Part shown: positions 21,538-24,000 of the stretch, piece after piece
How the letters are laid out: the number at the start of each line of letters is the position of its first letter
Numbering within the stretch: position 1 is the first letter of the stretch
Assembly: GCA_022710385.1 (NCBI GenBank)
Contig: JAKLGZ010000004.1
Coordinates: 11,379-35,378, forward strand
Length of the DNA stretch: 24,000 nt
DNA from: Methanoregula sp.
GTDB taxonomy: Archaea; Halobacteriota; Methanomicrobia; Methanomicrobiales; Methanospirillaceae
Direction of reading: 5' to 3'
The notes under the pieces: generated by a model
Database searches by the model: none
The model's input: the letters and a program-made list of their open reading frames with translations, nothing else
What the model was told of the DNA's origin: nothing
Program-made: the position numbers and the translations under genes

Positions 21538-21799
21538 TTTCCTCACCTCGCATTAAGGATACAATCCGAGAGAATGAAGAGAATGAACTAAAAGACAGGC
21601 AAAAATCAGATTCTGTTATCTGAAAAATACTATTGACAGTATGAATCCTCCGCATCTACCCTTTTGTATCCATTCACCCCTTTCGATGATTCTACAATAG
21701 AAACCTTGTCCTTGGTCTGGTATCAAGAGAGGTTCCCTGCGATTGGCCGATTAAATGCTCCATAAGGACTCTGTAAACGCAATATGCAAGTCGGTTACG

Positions 21800-21807
21800 A
21801 AAAAAAA
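21800..21807 (-). terminator. Oligo-T (T8 on the minus strand) after paralog B
   Basis: An A8 run on the plus strand lies 9 nt downstream of the stop at 21817-21819. Confidence 0.4.
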
Positions 21808-21816
21808 GTTGGAGGA

Positions 21817-22464
21817 TTACCACTCAAACCTTGCACCATATCCTGCGATTGTGAACGCCCTATCAGCTATTGACTGGCTCCTTATGTGCAGGCAGATATT
21901 CAACCCACGATTGAATAAATACCAGCCGTTAAGATCGATTATTTTTACACTACATGCGCCAGAATTATAGATCGCAGGGCTTGGATGAATTTCCTTAACC
22001 TTACCACATCCATTATAAATATCTATTTGATCAACCTCCGGCCATCCGACCCCACTATAATCAGATGCAAAATCTAACGCTAGATATCTGACTCTGGGTT
22101 GTACTCCTCCTGTCTTTTTATCATAACTTGGTATAGGACAGTGTATCCAAGCATCTCTGTACCCGCTGCCAACAGGACCTTCATGGAGAACAGTAACATG
22201 CCCCCACCCCTGATCATTGACGTAGACAATATCCGGATTGTTATATACTTCAGTTACAGCTTGTGTTCCATGGACGAAGACGGTATCATAATTTGAATAG
22301 ATAGCACCACTAAACACTGGGGTTTGCGTATCCATCCCACATCCTACGGATATCGGTGATGGCAATATATCCTCAATCGTTTCCACTTTTTTTTCTGCAA
22401 CTACTGGTATTGAAAAGATCATTATGATGAATAATCCAAGCAACATTACCATCCAGCGTTTCAT
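21817..22464 (-). CDS. Small secreted protein of unknown function, GYGARFEW-terminal family, paralog B
   Basis: I chose the ATG at 22464 because GAGGAGAGGAA lies directly upstream and it yields the signal peptide MKRWMVMLLGLFIIMIFSIPVVA. The ORF is open back to 22554. The protein shares motifs and its C-terminal GYGARFEW with paralog A. Confidence 0.75.
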   Translation of the reverse strand: MKRWMVMLLGLFIIMIFSIPVVAEKKVETIEDILPSPISVGCGMDTQTPVFSGAIYSNYDTVFVHGTQAVTEVYNNPDIVYVNDQGWGHVTVLHEGPVGSGYRDAWIHCPIPSYDKKTGGVQPRVRYLALDFASDYSGVGWPEVDQIDIYNGCGKVKEIHPSPAIYNSGACSVKIIDLNGWYLFNRGLNICLHIRSQSIADRAFTIAGYGARFEW

Positions 22465-22898
22465 TTCCTCTCCTCGTTTTAGGGGATACAATACCTCAGA
22501 CAGGCGAATTTGACTCAGCAGATGTCCCTCATTGTTGTATCCAAATTCCATCATATTACTGAGGAAGATAAGAAGGTTGTTATTTTTTCACTGGAGTGGC
22601 AATTCACCATCGGAAAATGGAGAATATCTGAAAGAGACTTACAGTCCCGGGAATATTTTCACAGAGGAGTAGATCGCCTGCTGGCTTACGAACTGAAAAT
22701 GACTCCAAGAACATCGAATAGTCAGGGCTCATCGTTATCTGCTGATGGCGATGTGAGTTACAATCAGGATCCTCACCTAGGGCATCTGCGATCGCCCGTG
22801 AACCCCTCCTTCTCAGGATGCACTGTGATCACTCCGTTTGATAATCGTTGAAGAACTCGAAATCTGCCCATACATCCCGGATAATCCGGAACCAGATC

Positions 22899-22905
22899 AA
22901 AAAAA
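22899..22905 (-). terminator. Oligo-T (T7 on the minus strand) downstream of the dCache lipoprotein gene
   Basis: An A7 run on the plus strand lies ~60 nt after the stop at 22967-22969. A T5 run lies closer, at 22924-22928. Confidence 0.3.
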
Positions 22906-22966
22906 TGCCATAGATGTTTCCCGAAAAATAGTGAGGGCACGGATCCCCCGGTTCTCGCTCCCCCCC

Positions 22967-23821
22967 TTATCGTTCCGATGCCACCACAATCCGCCAGTCC
23001 GTCCCGTGGAGCCCCACCGTTCCCCACACTGCGTCCTTCACGACCGCTGGACCGCCTTTCGTGGGGGTGAAGGTATAGGTGCCGTTCCCCGCAGGCTCGG
23101 CCATGATCTTCTGCACGAACGCTACGAGGTCGGGATAATCGGTAAAGGCAGGGTCGGTGAGCATGTCCCGCCCGACCAGACCAGCGGGATCCCGGTCGTA
23201 GATCAGGTGGCTGCTCATATCGATTGCCCACGCGGTGTAATTGGTGCCCTCGAGGGCTTTATCCGCCTGGTCCGCGATCAATTCCTGCGGGTTAAAGAGT
23301 ACCGTGGCAAGACCGAGGAACGTTCCGGTGCTGTCCGTCACCGGTCGCCTGAGGGAGACGGCATCAAATCCTTCCGCTGCCGGGAAGACAGGGGTCATCA
23401 GGGGACGGCGTTCCTGCAGTGCCTGCTGGTTGTGGCTCTCGTTGCCTACATAGGTGCCGACCGCAGCCCAGTACTGCTCCGGCATGACGGCCGCGATTCG
23501 TCCTTCCGCGGAGATGGAGACGGCGTCAATCGCATACGGGGTGGTAGCAGCGACCAGTGCCAGGGTTGCGTTTGCCCCCGGCCCGGTAATCCCTGTTGTA
23601 CCCATCGCTGTGGCTGCCGTAGCGAGGATGGCGTCCATCTCCTGCAAGGTGGCATTCACCCCTATGGTGAGCCGGGTGAGTGCTGCGGATGTTGTGGTTG
23701 CCGCCGCGAGGGTTCCGCACGTCGGTTCCGGCCCGGTGGTCATGGTATCGGGAGCTGAAGTGCAGCCCGCAGCAAGGACAAGGGCGATCAGGAGCAGTGG
23801 AATAGAGTGCAGGGTGTTCAT
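22967..23821 (-). CDS. Lipoprotein with a double PDC/Cache-like (dCache-type) extracellular ligand-binding domain and no transmitter domain
   Basis: MNTLHSIPLLLIALVLAAGC is a signal peptide with a lipobox-like LAAGC. Two PDC-like halves follow (AIDAVSISAEGRIAAVMP...LGLATVLFNP and AWAIDMSSHLIYDRD...WGTVGLHGTDWRIVV). I chose the start at 23821 rather than 23830 from the TATA spacing. Confidence 0.65.
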   Translation of the reverse strand: MNTLHSIPLLLIALVLAAGCTSAPDTMTTGPEPTCGTLAAATTTSAALTRLTIGVNATLQEMDAILATAATAMGTTGITGPGANATLALVAATTPYAIDAVSISAEGRIAAVMPEQYWAAVGTYVGNESHNQQALQERRPLMTPVFPAAEGFDAVSLRRPVTDSTGTFLGLATVLFNPQELIADQADKALEGTNYTAWAIDMSSHLIYDRDPAGLVGRDMLTDPAFTDYPDLVAFVQKIMAEPAGNGTYTFTPTKGGPAVVKDAVWGTVGLHGTDWRIVVASER

Positions 23822-23840
23822 ACACCACATTCTGAAAAGG

Positions 23841-23850
23841 ATATATTAAA
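23841..23850 (-). promoter_or_regulatory. Archaeal TATA box (TTTAATATAT on the minus strand), leaderless geometry for the dCache gene
   Basis: The box is centred ~25 nt upstream of the ATG at 23821. It is too close (~16 nt) to the ATG at 23830. Confidence 0.4.
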
Positions 23851-24000
23851 CTGATGGTGCCGGGTAACAATTCTCACGGGAGCTTTCATTGAGCAATCCT
23901 CTCACAATCATGAGAGTATGAGTACATCCTGTCATCATTCGGAGTGTTCCGGGCTCCCAGCAGGGGTATCGCCAGACAGGAGTTACCTTAAAATAGGGGT

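Noticed and set aside
22510-23870. ORFs 22510-22851 (+), 22838-23758 (+), 23241-23453 (+), 23454-23849 (+), and minus-strand alternate frames 22773-23231, 23446-23655, 23526-23870
   Set aside because: They are antisense or out of frame relative to the dCache lipoprotein gene, or lie in its terminator region. Their composition is Arg/Gly/Pro-rich and they have no motifs.
23918-24000. A short open frame, MSTSCHHSECSGLPAGVSPDRSYLKIG..., running off the right edge
   Set aside because: Only 27 codons are visible and it has no recognisable features or clear start context. It cannot be supported.
1-24000. Search for defence systems, CRISPR-Cas, tRNA/rRNA, prophage or biosynthetic cluster signatures
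   Set aside because: I recognised no nuclease, ATPase, Cas, integrase (other than the IS110 recombinase), capsid or biosynthetic enzyme motifs in any supported ORF. No cloverleaf-like or spacer-repeat structure was seen by eye.

Overview
The window reads as a roughly 60% GC archaeal chromosome segment. Supporting signs are TATA-like boxes about 25-35 nt upstream of several start codons, oligo-T runs after stop codons, and DUF134 / Isf / PKD-dockerin gene content. A Methanomicrobia-type methanogen fits best, but that is inference only.

Genes from left to right:
- a truncated ThiS/MoaD-like gene (-)
- a protein with a signal peptide, a low-complexity region and tandem winged-helix domains
- a secreted Gln-rich protein with duplicated CxxC modules
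- an IS110-family insertion sequence
- a secreted DUF2202 (ferritin-like) protein
- a decayed DUF134-like HTH gene
- a translationally coupled abrB-like / hgcA / hgcB mercury-methylation operon
- an Isf-type iron-sulfur flavoprotein
- a DUF1211/TMEM175-type channel
- two adjacent giant secreted proteases of different catalytic class (papain-like C1 and subtilisin-like S8)
- a surface protein with one PKD domain and four Kre9/KNH-like repeats
- two tandem AT-rich paralogous small secreted proteins ending in GYGARFEW
- a dCache-like lipoprotein

No rRNA, tRNA, CRISPR array or recognisable defence system was seen.

The best leads are:
- the hgc operon, in which all three proteins carry vicinal Cys pairs and HgcB ends in eight 10-aa Cys-Cys repeat units
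- the roughly 205-aa module shared by the two proteases; the S8 protein then continues into a 7-blade propeller, an Fn3-like domain and a dockerin-like tail
- the uncharacterised GYGARFEW paralog pair

All family assignments come from motif recognition by eye. No database search was possible.
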